A DNA stretch of 64,000 bases, taken from positions 72,983 through 136,982 of the forward strand of contig CAZAOT010000003.1 of the NCBI GenBank assembly GCA_964487045.1, in the 5' to 3' direction. This stretch comes from an uncultured Candidatus Saccharibacteria bacterium (GTDB lineage: Bacteria; Patescibacteriota; UBA1384; DTJR01). Shown in pieces: positions 41,811 to 52,064 of this stretch (its first letter is position 1; every line of letters begins with the position of its first letter). Made by a program: the position numbers and the translations under genes. A model generated the notes under the pieces. It worked only from the letters and a program-made list of their open reading frames with translations, was not told where the DNA came from and did no database searches.

Positions 41811-41839
41811 TTGACTCTTGATTCAATTTGATGTATAGT
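41811..41839 (+). promoter_or_regulatory. internal promoter TTGACT-17-TATAGT before manC-like gene, followed by SD-sequestering hairpin
   Basis: TTGACT at 41811-41816 and TATAGT at 41834-41839. CCTCGGTTAAA pairs with TTTAACC..GAGG. Confidence 0.55.
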
Positions 41840-41901
41840 AATTGCCTCGGTTAAAGTATATGATATTATCATAAATAGTTATTTTAACCTTCGGAGGAAG
41901 T

Positions 41902-42996
41902 ATGAATTATGCCGTTATAATGGCTGGTGGATCTGGTACAAGACTTTGGCCCATGAGCCGAAAACAGAAGCCTAAACAGCTTCATAATTTAGTTTCTGAT
42001 AAAACCCTTATTCAAGAAACATATAATAGATTGCTTAAGGCGTTACCCGAGGAAAATATCTATGTTTCTACGACTAGTTCATATGTAGATGAGATTAGAA
42101 AGCAGCTTCCTAAAATTCCGCGAGAAAATTTTATTATTGAGCCTTCTTCTCGCAATACTGGACCAGCGCTCGCCTATTTGGCAAAAGTTATTGCGATGAA
42201 GGACCCGGAGGCTATTATTGCCACTATTGCTTCTGATCATATAGTTAAAAATATTGATGTTTTCGCCAATACTGTCAAAACGGCTTTTGAAGCAGCTAAA
42301 AAATTTCCTGATCATTTGATTGCGGTTGGGATTAATCCTACTAAACCAGATACCGGACTGGGTTATATCAAAATGGGCTCGATGAAGGTAGAGATTAACG
42401 ATGAGAAGGTTTTTGAAGTCGATACGTTTGTAGAAAAACCAGATCACAAAACAGCGGAAAAGTATTTACAGAGCTGGGAATATTTATGGAATGGTGCTTA
42501 TTATTTCTTCTCGGCCAAATCGATGCTCGGATGGATAAAGAAGTATCGTCCAGAGATGCTCAAGACAATCGAAGAGATCGGCGAGCTTATAGCGCAGGGT
42601 GCTAATGGTACTACGCAAACTAAGATTAAGTCCCTTTATGAGTCACTCGAAAATGAACAATTCGAGAACGCAATTATCGAGCAGGAAGATTTCACTAAAG
42701 TCTTAGTTATTCCTGCAGATCTTGGCTGGTCCGATATTGGCAACTGGGGAACTCTTCACGATGTATTAACTGAAACATATGGAAGTGAGATGATTTCGAG
42801 GGGTTATCATATAGATGTTGATTCGAAAGGTTGCTTGATTTATGGTGGTGAAAAAATGGTTGCTACCCTTGGACTAGAGAATATTATTGTTATTGATACT
42901 CCTGATGTAATGCTGATTGCAGACAAGAGAAGGGCTCAGGACGTTAAAAAGTTACTAGAAAAACTTAAAGACGAAGGTAAGCACTTATATTTGTAA
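41902..42996 (+). CDS. manC: mannose-1-phosphate guanylyltransferase-like sugar nucleotidyltransferase
   Basis: MAGGSGTRLWPMSR nucleotide-binding motif and ManC-like length, without the isomerase domain. Confidence 0.85.
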   Translation: MNYAVIMAGGSGTRLWPMSRKQKPKQLHNLVSDKTLIQETYNRLLKALPEENIYVSTTSSYVDEIRKQLPKIPRENFIIEPSSRNTGPALAYLAKVIAMKDPEAIIATIASDHIVKNIDVFANTVKTAFEAAKKFPDHLIAVGINPTKPDTGLGYIKMGSMKVEINDEKVFEVDTFVEKPDHKTAEKYLQSWEYLWNGAYYFFSAKSMLGWIKKYRPEMLKTIEEIGELIAQGANGTTQTKIKSLYESLENEQFENAIIEQEDFTKVLVIPADLGWSDIGNWGTLHDVLTETYGSEMISRGYHIDVDSKGCLIYGGEKMVATLGLENIIVIDTPDVMLIADKRRAQDVKKLLEKLKDEGKHLYL

Positions 42997-42997
42997 G

Positions 42998-43864
42998 ATG
43001 AAGATTCTTGTTCACCGAGTCCCGCTATGCGTAAAAAATGACAAGTTAGTTGAAAGCGGTGAATTGAACTCTCCAGAGTTTGATTTTAAGGGTCATTTTG
43101 CGAAAGAGACGATTGTCACTCTTGGTAGGTTTATGGTTTGCTACAAAGCCAAACCTTGGATGATTAATGATCTCATGATTATCGATGGTGACAAGGAGTA
43201 TGTAAAAAGTCCATCCGAGCTTGATGAGGAAGACTCAAATATTTTGAATTCTATTATTAATATTGCTATTGCGGAATTATCTAGTAATTCACAGATTAGC
43301 AAGATCGTCGTCGGAGCCAATATTAATCCCCTTCCTGAGAAAGAAGATCATGAATCGATCTGGCGTCTTCATGTGCATGTTTGTGGTTTGACAAAGGGTG
43401 AAGTCGAAAAAATGGAGATTTTAGACGAAGAAACAAATATTTATGAAGATGAAATAATCGAGCAATTTAAAAAAGAAATCGCCCAGCTCGATGGTTTTGA
43501 AGAATATGCCTATGGGGCAAGAAAAGATTTGGAAAATATAAAAGATGGTAATTTTATGGATGAAATTAAGTACATAGATATCAAGGTTAAAGAAATACTT
43601 TCTAAATTTGTAAGTAAATTTTCAGTAATTTCTTATTCTTTTTCTATAATAATAGAAGACGACCGGGCAAGTATGTACGTTTCCCCTAAGTCCAGAGATG
43701 GACGAGGGGTGCTTGAAGCAGTTGGAATTATACTTGATCGAGAAGAAAATCTTGAAATTGATAAAGATTTTATTGATGGAAGGAATAAATTTTTGAAAAG
43801 AGTGCAGGACAAACTAATTCAAATAGATGGCGCCAAAATTGGAAAGCTAAAATTGGAGGAATAA
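42998..43864 (+). CDS. hypothetical protein (possible HIT-like motif LHVHVCG)
   Basis: 288-aa ORF tightly packed in the cluster. The only cue is an H-phi-H-phi motif. Confidence 0.5.
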   Translation: MKILVHRVPLCVKNDKLVESGELNSPEFDFKGHFAKETIVTLGRFMVCYKAKPWMINDLMIIDGDKEYVKSPSELDEEDSNILNSIINIAIAELSSNSQISKIVVGANINPLPEKEDHESIWRLHVHVCGLTKGEVEKMEILDEETNIYEDEIIEQFKKEIAQLDGFEEYAYGARKDLENIKDGNFMDEIKYIDIKVKEILSKFVSKFSVISYSFSIIIEDDRASMYVSPKSRDGRGVLEAVGIILDREENLEIDKDFIDGRNKFLKRVQDKLIQIDGAKIGKLKLEE

Positions 43865-45756
43865 TGAAAAGCAGTGAAAATCTTATAAATATTGTTAAGA
43901 AACTTGGCCGAAGAGGAGAAGAAGTAATTCCAGTTGGCGAGGATCTTACTGACGTTTTTGGTAGGAGACTGAAATTCGAAGGGCAGGCAATTGATCTTGA
44001 GAAGAACCAGTTGAACAAGGCGGCGCAAGATTTGCTCAAAGAGCTTCAAACTGAGGGCTCGGAGATAGAGAAAGTTCTTAGAGGACAAGTAATGTGGTAT
44101 GACGTTCGGTCTTCGGTTTGGAAAGAGCATCCTGAACTTTCTGCTCTTATGGCACTTGCCTACGCTAAAGTCTTGATTGAAAGAACTGGAAAAACTACTG
44201 GTCATACGCTTAATATCGCGGTTGATTGTTACAAGAAGCATTATGAGTCAATGTCGGTGTTTGCGGATACAATTATTAGAACTGGAATCGTACGAGATGG
44301 TGGTGGCGTGATTTATTGGGGCGTTCAAAATGGAGGGTCTATTAGAAATGTTGCTCAGGCAGAGCGAGCATTTACTGGTGAAAATGGAAACTGGATTTTT
44401 GGAACAATGAGTCATAGAGCCGAGGATTATGTCGGTGCTAAATTTGGAATGCAGGGCAAGGTTTTTTGCGGTCCTGATCTAATGAATGATTTATATGGAA
44501 AAATAATTTCTGGAGACTTTCCTGAATTAATTGAGATAGCATCTCCTGAAGAATATGCTGTTACGGTTGGTGATTTAACTGCAAATAATATTGATATTGT
44601 TGAGGACTTGGTCAGAGCTAGAACTGGTACGAAAAAGCCGAAAGAAGAAATTCTTGCTGGTATGAAGGTTGGTATGAATATGTGCGGTAGCCCAGTTGGC
44701 AAAAACCTACTTGATATTCTCAAGGCGTTTGGAGCGGATGTAGTAGCTATGAATGATGTTTTGAATGAGAATTATTCAACTGCTAATATTGTTGACCCAA
44801 ATGAACATGAATCTGAAGCGATGGAGGATATGAAAGAAAAAGCTAAAGAAAATGGAAGAATCTATCTAGCGCTTGACCCAGACGGAGATAGGGGGACTGT
44901 GATTGCGCTTGATTCAAATGGTAAGCCAGAGTCGTTGACAGGTACTGAGCTACTTCTTCTGGCGACTGAGAATCTTGCTACTTATAATCCAAATAAACTA
45001 CAGGCGGACGTTATCTACGACATGAGAACTGGTATTTCAATCTCTATGCTCCAAGAAGCACTCACTAAAGCTGGATTTCCGATAAAGACTCTCGCGGCCG
45101 AACCTGGATATCCATTCTTTATGGAAATGATGGGAAATAACGAAGGGGCAGTTATAGCTGTTGAGAATACTAGCCATCAATTTCTTACGCCGATGACCAA
45201 TCCAATCTGGGGTGCACCAAAATATTATCCTGGGGTTCAAGGTGGAGACGATGGTGCAATCTTCTTGGTTTATATTCTCTCGCTTTGTCATGAAAAGTGG
45301 GAAGGAAGAAATCCGATTGAACAACTTGAGTTCTTGAGAGAGAAGTATAAAATGCCGAAAACTTTGATCCGGGAGTTCAAACCGACAGTGGATAAAAAAG
45401 ATGCTATGAGAAAATATGATCTTGCTGAGGCGATGTGCAACATTGTAAATGATGAGATCGATGGTAGTAAATATCAGATCGATACTATGAATAGTGGAGT
45501 AAGGTTAACCGATCATAGCAAGCAAGCGATGGTTCTTATCAGATACTCTAACACCGGTCCATCGTTTACCGCTTCAGGAGAAGCGGTGAGCAAGGAGGAT
45601 AGTGATTTCATGTTCTCTTTAGGTGGGGCGATTATGGCCAAAGCTGTCGCAAAAGTAAAAAAAGAAAAAGGTGACTTTGAATTTGACTTTGCTAACTATA
45701 GCGAATTCGGTAATATCGATGAAGCTAAGTACAATAAAATAATTAGCGAGGTATAA
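43864..45756 (+). CDS. alpha-D-phosphohexomutase family (PMM/PGM-like), long form
   Basis: GTMSHRAED (catalytic Ser-His) and the metal loop ALDPDGDRG. Confidence 0.78.
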   Translation: MKSSENLINIVKKLGRRGEEVIPVGEDLTDVFGRRLKFEGQAIDLEKNQLNKAAQDLLKELQTEGSEIEKVLRGQVMWYDVRSSVWKEHPELSALMALAYAKVLIERTGKTTGHTLNIAVDCYKKHYESMSVFADTIIRTGIVRDGGGVIYWGVQNGGSIRNVAQAERAFTGENGNWIFGTMSHRAEDYVGAKFGMQGKVFCGPDLMNDLYGKIISGDFPELIEIASPEEYAVTVGDLTANNIDIVEDLVRARTGTKKPKEEILAGMKVGMNMCGSPVGKNLLDILKAFGADVVAMNDVLNENYSTANIVDPNEHESEAMEDMKEKAKENGRIYLALDPDGDRGTVIALDSNGKPESLTGTELLLLATENLATYNPNKLQADVIYDMRTGISISMLQEALTKAGFPIKTLAAEPGYPFFMEMMGNNEGAVIAVENTSHQFLTPMTNPIWGAPKYYPGVQGGDDGAIFLVYILSLCHEKWEGRNPIEQLEFLREKYKMPKTLIREFKPTVDKKDAMRKYDLAEAMCNIVNDEIDGSKYQIDTMNSGVRLTDHSKQAMVLIRYSNTGPSFTASGEAVSKEDSDFMFSLGGAIMAKAVAKVKKEKGDFEFDFANYSEFGNIDEAKYNKIISEV

Positions 45757-45758
45757 CT

Positions 45759-46394
45759 GTGGGTAAGACGAAAGTATTTATAGATCTTGACGATACGTTG
45801 ATTGACACCGCTCAGATCAAGCATGATATTTTTGGCAAAATCGCTCTTATGGGTGTGCCTATGGCAGAAATAGCGTCAAGCTACAGCGAAGCGCGCAAAC
45901 AATTCGGCGCTGACTATCTTAAGCCTTTTGCTGAGTCATTTCAGGAATTTGGGATTGATGGCGAGATTTTGTACAATGGTCTGCAGCAAATGATTCTGCA
46001 ACATATGGATAAATATTTACTAGAAGATCGTCTTGTGTGGCTAGATCGGTTTCAGAGTGATCAATATGAAATGTACTTGCTCACTCACGGTAACCCTGAT
46101 ATTCAGGAGAGAAAGGTTCAGGGCCTTCATTTAGAAAATCTCTTTGAAGATAGAGTGATTTATGTGCAAGACAATAAGGCCGACTACATAAAGAAACTTC
46201 TAGGGCCTGGTGAGAAATTTATTTTGGTTGATGATAAAAAGGAAGTACTGGATGAAATTATCAATGAATACCCAGAACAAGCCGAAGTTTGGGAAGCAAC
46301 CAAAAGCGTAGACGATCAAGGCGAAATTACATACAATGATCCAGAAGGGTATTATAGTCCGCTTGATATTGCCCGAGAAGGAAAAAATTATTAA
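45759..46394 (+). CDS. HAD-superfamily hydrolase
   Basis: FIDLDDTLIDT motif I. GTG start. Confidence 0.75.
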   Translation: MGKTKVFIDLDDTLIDTAQIKHDIFGKIALMGVPMAEIASSYSEARKQFGADYLKPFAESFQEFGIDGEILYNGLQQMILQHMDKYLLEDRLVWLDRFQSDQYEMYLLTHGNPDIQERKVQGLHLENLFEDRVIYVQDNKADYIKKLLGPGEKFILVDDKKEVLDEIINEYPEQAEVWEATKSVDDQGEITYNDPEGYYSPLDIAREGKNY

Positions 46395-46406
46395 TAAGGA
46401 GTCTTT

Positions 46407-47330
46407 ATGGCAAAAATTTTAGTTACCGGTGGAGCTGGCTTTATTGGTTCGAACTTTTCCAATCTAATGAGTCAAAAAGGGCATGAAGTTGTTGCTTTTG
46501 ATAACCTTTCTCTTGGAAAAAAGGACAATCTTTCCGAAAAAGTAAAATTTGTTGAAGGTGACGTTAATAAAGAAGAAGATCTGCTTAGTGCTGGAGAAGA
46601 TTTTGATTATATTATTCATTTAGCTGCTTCCTCCTCTGCTCCAATGTTCGCCGAAAATATGTACTGGGCTTATCAGAATAATGTTTCGGGTCATGTCAGG
46701 GTCATGCAATATGCGAAAAAAATTGGTGTTAAGAAAATGTTGTTTGCCTCTACTTCTTCAATTTACGGCAACAATCCGACACCACTTACCGAAGACCAAG
46801 AAGTGATTCCTCCGAACCATTATTCGGTGACAAAGTTTGCTCAAGAAGGTGCTTCCCGTGTTTTTTCTAAAGCGGAGGGCTTAGAGATAATTGCTTTCAG
46901 ATTTATGTCGATTTACGGGTTAAACGAAGGTCACAAAACATATTTCGCTAATCTAGTTTCGCAATTTATTTGGTCAATGGCTAAAGACGAAGAGCCGGTT
47001 CTGTATGGTGATGGTACGCAGGAGAGGGATTTTACTAACGTAAAAGACGTTTGCCAGGGTATTGAAAAGGCGATGGAAACAGAAAAAAAATACGGATTTA
47101 CAATCTTCAATATCGGTACGCACAAGGCGATTAATCTATTGGAATTAGTTGAAATGATCAATAAGGCGCTTGGCAAAAATATTAAGCCGAAACTTATCCC
47201 GAATCCAGTTAAGGAAGGTTATGTGAAAAGCCAACTTGCCAGTATTGATAAGATATCAAGTGAACTTGGGTATGAACCGACGGTAGAACTCGAGGACGGA
47301 ATTAAAGAAATTGTTGATAACCTAAAGTAA
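46407..47330 (+). CDS. NAD-dependent sugar epimerase/dehydratase (SDR)
   Basis: VTGGAGFIGSN and YSVTK catalytic motif. Confidence 0.9.
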   Translation: MAKILVTGGAGFIGSNFSNLMSQKGHEVVAFDNLSLGKKDNLSEKVKFVEGDVNKEEDLLSAGEDFDYIIHLAASSSAPMFAENMYWAYQNNVSGHVRVMQYAKKIGVKKMLFASTSSIYGNNPTPLTEDQEVIPPNHYSVTKFAQEGASRVFSKAEGLEIIAFRFMSIYGLNEGHKTYFANLVSQFIWSMAKDEEPVLYGDGTQERDFTNVKDVCQGIEKAMETEKKYGFTIFNIGTHKAINLLELVEMINKALGKNIKPKLIPNPVKEGYVKSQLASIDKISSELGYEPTVELEDGIKEIVDNLK

Positions 47331-47387
47331 ACTTGTTTCGCACTAATAATTAGGTTAGAATTTAACTGAACAATAACAGGAGGGTTT

Positions 47388-48710
47388 TTGCGTAAAGGCA
47401 AAACAAGAGTTCTCTTTCTAGCTTTGGTTGGGGTTGTTGTTTTAGTAAGTCTTTTTGCAATTTTTAGGAAGCAGATCTTTGCTGACACCATCACGATGCC
47501 AAGCTGGATTGATAGCGCCACGGTAACTAAATATAATACCTGGACTGCAGGCCAGAAACTTTCTTTTGACAGATGTGCGTCGAATGGTGTTAATACTAAA
47601 TCCACCCTTACTCCTCAGGAGATCAATCAGTTCGGTTCGAGTTCGGTAGCTTTTAATATTAGACCAATCGTAAATGTATCTTCGAGTAGTCCTTACTGGC
47701 CATGGTATCAGAGTAGCTATAGGTTAATTGTCACACCTCTAAAATACGATCTTCAAGCCGATGGATCACGAACTCTGAAAATGAGGCTAACGCTTGGTAA
47801 TCCTGGCACTAGTCCTGTGATTGTTGCTAATCCAGAAGCTCGCTATTATTTCTGGTCTTTTAGCAACTCAGTTCCAAAAGTTGGCAATGTAATATTTACA
47901 AGGGGAGTTGATTATACCTATACATTGTTGCCTGGCGAATATGTGAGTCAAGATACGCTTGAACTCAGCGGAGTAAAGGATCCGGCTTACTGGGGAATCG
48001 AGTTCTCGAATATGAAATATACCTTATCTGGAACGACGCCAAATTTTGAGCAGCCAATTTGGGATCCAGTGGCGCAAAAAACTGATGCTACGCTTAGTTG
48101 TATAATCAATCCTCTTCCCTTAGCAGGGTTGGTTCCAGGCTCAATTCCGTCAGTAACTCCTTCGACAGAAGTTCCTGGTAGTAGAGCGGTTACCTTTAGA
48201 AGAGGATTTTCGACTTTTGGTAATAGTGGAATGACGAACGGCACAATGTTTAAAGACGCTGGATTATTTCTCTATGCTTTTGATGGACCAACTAATTCTT
48301 GGAAAATTTATCCTGGGGGACCGGAGATAAATACTGATTTAAAAAAAGGCTATTACGTTTATAATCCTAGTGCTGAGAAAACTATTAGGTTCGGTTTCGG
48401 TAATCCTACAGTGACTACTTTTGAGCTCACCAAGGGTTGGAATATGCTTTGGACTGCGATGGACAAAAGATTAAGCGATTTAAATTTATTTTATAACGGT
48501 CAGACTTTGTCCGCTCAAGATATGATTAATCTAAGGACGATTAGCAATAACATATTTATCATTCAGGATGATACTGCCACTACGGCTTGTACCTACTTTA
48601 AACTTCTGTCTAATACCGATACTCAAGCGACATGCTCTGGTGGATCTGCAGGACTCGGAAGTTCTAGCAAGATTCCAGGTGGTAAAGCATTCTGGATTTA
48701 TGTCAATTAA
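47388..48710 (+). CDS. signal-anchored secreted protein, unknown family, paralog A
   Basis: TTG lies 3 nt after GGAGGG. It shares the N-terminal PSWIDSATVTKYN block and a C-terminal module (LTKGWNMLW...CTYFKLL...KAFWIYV) of about 120 aa with the next gene. Confidence 0.7.
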   Translation: MRKGKTRVLFLALVGVVVLVSLFAIFRKQIFADTITMPSWIDSATVTKYNTWTAGQKLSFDRCASNGVNTKSTLTPQEINQFGSSSVAFNIRPIVNVSSSSPYWPWYQSSYRLIVTPLKYDLQADGSRTLKMRLTLGNPGTSPVIVANPEARYYFWSFSNSVPKVGNVIFTRGVDYTYTLLPGEYVSQDTLELSGVKDPAYWGIEFSNMKYTLSGTTPNFEQPIWDPVAQKTDATLSCIINPLPLAGLVPGSIPSVTPSTEVPGSRAVTFRRGFSTFGNSGMTNGTMFKDAGLFLYAFDGPTNSWKIYPGGPEINTDLKKGYYVYNPSAEKTIRFGFGNPTVTTFELTKGWNMLWTAMDKRLSDLNLFYNGQTLSAQDMINLRTISNNIFIIQDDTATTACTYFKLLSNTDTQATCSGGSAGLGSSSKIPGGKAFWIYVN

Positions 48711-48786
48711 TTTTTTTAAATTGTTTTTGATTGTTAAAAAAGTAAAATTGTAATAGTAGTTTGATTACTTATCATTAGGAGGATGT

Positions 48787-50217
48787 GTGAAGACAAAAAA
48801 TAACCAAAAGCTTAAATTAATAGTATTTTTGGTGCTAGTTATTGGTCTTGCAGCACTTGCAGGTTTCTATATATATAAAAGGACGGTATCTGCTGATACT
48901 ACTCTTCCTTCTTGGATAGATTCGGCTACAGCTACTAAATATAATAGCGTTTGGTCGACTGCTCAGAAACAGCAGTTTCTTGGTTGTATGTCGAATGGTT
49001 ATACTACCAAAAGCACTTTGACTGCCGCCGAACAGTCGCAGTTTGGTGCAAATTCGGTAGTATTTGAGGGTCAGGCAGCTCCTCCAAATGACCCTGCTTA
49101 TCAGATACCATTCTATCAAAGTAAATATCGAATAGTTGTAACTCCCCAAATGTATACAACTAATAATGGATCTACGAGTGCTAAATTTAAATTTAATGTT
49201 TCTAATCCTACTTCAAGCACCTACCCAATGAGAAAGACTTCGATCAGGTTAAGCTTTTGGCATGTCGAGCAATTCGACTATTATGTCGATGGAGTCACTC
49301 CGCATTATTGGGCTGCCGATCAGGTATTATATTTCCCGAATCAGGACAATCAATCATCGCTTGCGCCTGGCCAACAGATGACAATTGAATCAAACGTCTT
49401 AAATATGACTAATGAAAGTTTTTATACCGTTAGCTTTGCTACAGAGATGTATGGTGTTAATACCTCAACCGGGGCAATTACATGGACCGGAGGGGGAACG
49501 GCAAGCTCGGTAAATTGTATAGTAAACCCAATTCCTATTGCATCGCTTAGGACTATGGCTTTTGCCTCTGTCACGCCGACTCAAACTACAACAAGCACCG
49601 CCACTTCCACGGTGACAGCAAGTGCAACTAGGACGGTTGCGCCTCCAACTGTAACGCCAACTCCTTCGGTCACATCAACTACCGCGGGACCGGGAGACTC
49701 TACTTATAATTTTCCTCGTGGTTTTAGTGTATTTGGAGCTACAGCTAATTTCCCATCAAGTCGGTTTGCTGATAATGGGTTATATGTCTACAAGTTTGAT
49801 GGTGTCTCGAACAGCTGGGTATATTGGCCGGGTATGACTCAATTTAATTTAGAAACAGGCAAGGGTTATTATGCCTATGCTGCTTCAGCGAAGTCCGCAA
49901 GCCTTCCTCTAGCCGCTGTTCCTACGGGTACGTATTCGCTGACAAAGGGTTGGAATATGCTTTATAACATTGGGGATAAATCGCTTAGTTCATTGCAGCT
50001 TAGCTATAACGGGGTAACCAAGTCAGCCCAGGAGATGATAAATAGTGGCACGATCCATTCAAGAGTTTTTATTATTGATAACGATCAAGCTACTCAGGCT
50101 TGCAGCTACTTTAAGCTACTTGGGTCAACTAACTCTGTTGCTAATTGTAGCTCAAACACTTTAGCGGTAACGGCTACTTTAAATTCCGCCAAGGCCTTCT
50201 GGGTTTACGTATTCTGA
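48787..50217 (+). CDS. signal-anchored secreted protein, unknown family, paralog B with Thr/Ser/Pro linker
   Basis: GTG lies 4 nt after GGAGG. The linker is TPTQTTTSTATSTVTASATRTVAPPTVTPTPSVTSTT. Confidence 0.7.
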   Translation: MKTKNNQKLKLIVFLVLVIGLAALAGFYIYKRTVSADTTLPSWIDSATATKYNSVWSTAQKQQFLGCMSNGYTTKSTLTAAEQSQFGANSVVFEGQAAPPNDPAYQIPFYQSKYRIVVTPQMYTTNNGSTSAKFKFNVSNPTSSTYPMRKTSIRLSFWHVEQFDYYVDGVTPHYWAADQVLYFPNQDNQSSLAPGQQMTIESNVLNMTNESFYTVSFATEMYGVNTSTGAITWTGGGTASSVNCIVNPIPIASLRTMAFASVTPTQTTTSTATSTVTASATRTVAPPTVTPTPSVTSTTAGPGDSTYNFPRGFSVFGATANFPSSRFADNGLYVYKFDGVSNSWVYWPGMTQFNLETGKGYYAYAASAKSASLPLAAVPTGTYSLTKGWNMLYNIGDKSLSSLQLSYNGVTKSAQEMINSGTIHSRVFIIDNDQATQACSYFKLLGSTNSVANCSSNTLAVTATLNSAKAFWVYVF

Positions 50218-50259
50218 TCTATAGGTTGATAATTGTCAGTTTTGAGCTAAAATCTTTTC

Positions 50260-52026
50260 GTGGCTAAGAAAAAGAAGAAAACTACAAGGCAGCGCTCACC
50301 CTTATTGACACCAAGGGTTCGGCTATTGGTTATCTATGCGGTAATTGGTGTAATTTTTTTATCTTTAGCTGTCTGGCTAACCTGGCCTCTTAGTAAGTTC
50401 ATTAATTCTGCTATCATCTCCCAACCCGACTTTACTGACGGACCGTTTTTTATTTGGAATCTGTGGTGGGTGAAAAAAGCGATTTTGAATCTATCAAATC
50501 CATTCTTTAGTGATTTTGTATATTTTCCCTCGCGATCTAATCTTGCTCTTCATACCCTTACATTTACTTCAGGGATAATCTATTTGCCACTTAGTCTTTT
50601 TTTCAGGCCTCTTACTTCGTTGAATATAATTCAGCTCTTGTCTTTTATAGCGAGTGGGCTAGGGATTGTTTTATTTTCGAGTTATCTAACTAAACCAAAA
50701 TCAATATTGGAATATTTAAGCCTAGTGCCAGGGGCCATTATTTTCGCTTTCTCCCCTTTCGTTTTTTCTCACCTTCTGGCGGGACACTATAACTTAAGTA
50801 TGATTTGGCCGATTCCATTTGTCGCATATTTCTTGATAAGGACACTAGATGAGAAAAAATATACGCCGGCAATAGGCTTAGGGATATTTGCTTCAGCTCT
50901 CGCCTATCTTGACTTGCAACTGATATTCTTTGCTGGCATTGTATGTCTGCCGATTTTTTTCTCACACATGATTTTTAAGTGGAGAGAATTTTTTACCAAG
51001 CAATCGGTGCTCAGTTTGGCTCTAGCTGTTTTAGTTTTTGCAATTATTTTTGCTCTTCCATATGGATATCTGATGAGCGAATTCTGGGGGACGAAAGATG
51101 CATTTTCTACATATAATAATGGCGATATAAAGATTTTATTTGGTTTTAATCCACTAAATCCACTATTTAAATATCAAAATTACAAACTTCTTCTTTCATT
51201 GATTGGATCATATCGCGAAAACACAATTTCAATCGGTTTTACTGGTCTATTTGTAACTTTAGGAGGGTTTGCGTTGTTTGCGCGGCAACATTGGAAACAG
51301 AAATTTATTTATTTTTTCGTTCTTATCGTTGGAATAGCTTTATCGCTTGGCCCCAACCTTCAATATAACAATCATGTTTATGAGCATATTAGATTGCCCT
51401 ATTATTATCTTCAAAATCTACCATTCTTTAATCTAGGTTTAGTGCCGAGCCGATTTATTTTAATCGCTTATTTTGCTCTAGCTGTGCTTGTGAGTTTGAG
51501 CATGTTCTCTGTCGTAAGATTTTTTCAAAACAAAAAATTGTTTATTCCGGCCATCTGCTTACTTGTGATTGTTCCAATGTTTATTTTAGTCGAAAATTAT
51601 TCTGGCAAAATGATGATTGATCCACTTTATGATATCAAGCAGGTTCAAGAAATTGCACGAGAGGAAGGCGATTTTACTATCTTGCCTTATGAAGCCGGTC
51701 AAAGAGACGCGTATATTCAGGTTCTGCATCAAAAGAAAGTAGTGACGGGATTCTTGGGTAGGAGGATACATGATTATTATATGTCCAAGTATGGTAGCGT
51801 TTATCCAATAAACAAATTTTCTAGAGGACTCGCAGATGAGCTTAATCAATCTGACACTAAGCAATCAGTTGTTTCGGTATTCAGCGAATACAAGATAAGG
51901 TATATAGTTATTGAGAAAAATTTTAAGGATGATCAAGAGCTTGCGAAATTGAGGAGCTATTTAAAAAATATTCAGGCAGATTTGACTTATGAATCTAGCC
52001 AAGTGATGATTTACAAGGTTAATTAA
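50260..52026 (+). CDS. GT-C-fold-like polytopic membrane protein (PMT/ArnT/YfhO-type glycosyltransferase candidate)
   Basis: At least 10 hydrophobic helices followed by a soluble C-terminal domain of about 130 aa. Placement is by architecture only. Confidence 0.5.
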   Translation: MAKKKKKTTRQRSPLLTPRVRLLVIYAVIGVIFLSLAVWLTWPLSKFINSAIISQPDFTDGPFFIWNLWWVKKAILNLSNPFFSDFVYFPSRSNLALHTLTFTSGIIYLPLSLFFRPLTSLNIIQLLSFIASGLGIVLFSSYLTKPKSILEYLSLVPGAIIFAFSPFVFSHLLAGHYNLSMIWPIPFVAYFLIRTLDEKKYTPAIGLGIFASALAYLDLQLIFFAGIVCLPIFFSHMIFKWREFFTKQSVLSLALAVLVFAIIFALPYGYLMSEFWGTKDAFSTYNNGDIKILFGFNPLNPLFKYQNYKLLLSLIGSYRENTISIGFTGLFVTLGGFALFARQHWKQKFIYFFVLIVGIALSLGPNLQYNNHVYEHIRLPYYYLQNLPFFNLGLVPSRFILIAYFALAVLVSLSMFSVVRFFQNKKLFIPAICLLVIVPMFILVENYSGKMMIDPLYDIKQVQEIAREEGDFTILPYEAGQRDAYIQVLHQKKVVTGFLGRRIHDYYMSKYGSVYPINKFSRGLADELNQSDTKQSVVSVFSEYKIRYIVIEKNFKDDQELAKLRSYLKNIQADLTYESSQVMIYKVN

Positions 52027-52064
52027 AATTTGTAAATTGTAAATTAAGAGAATATATTGAATCA

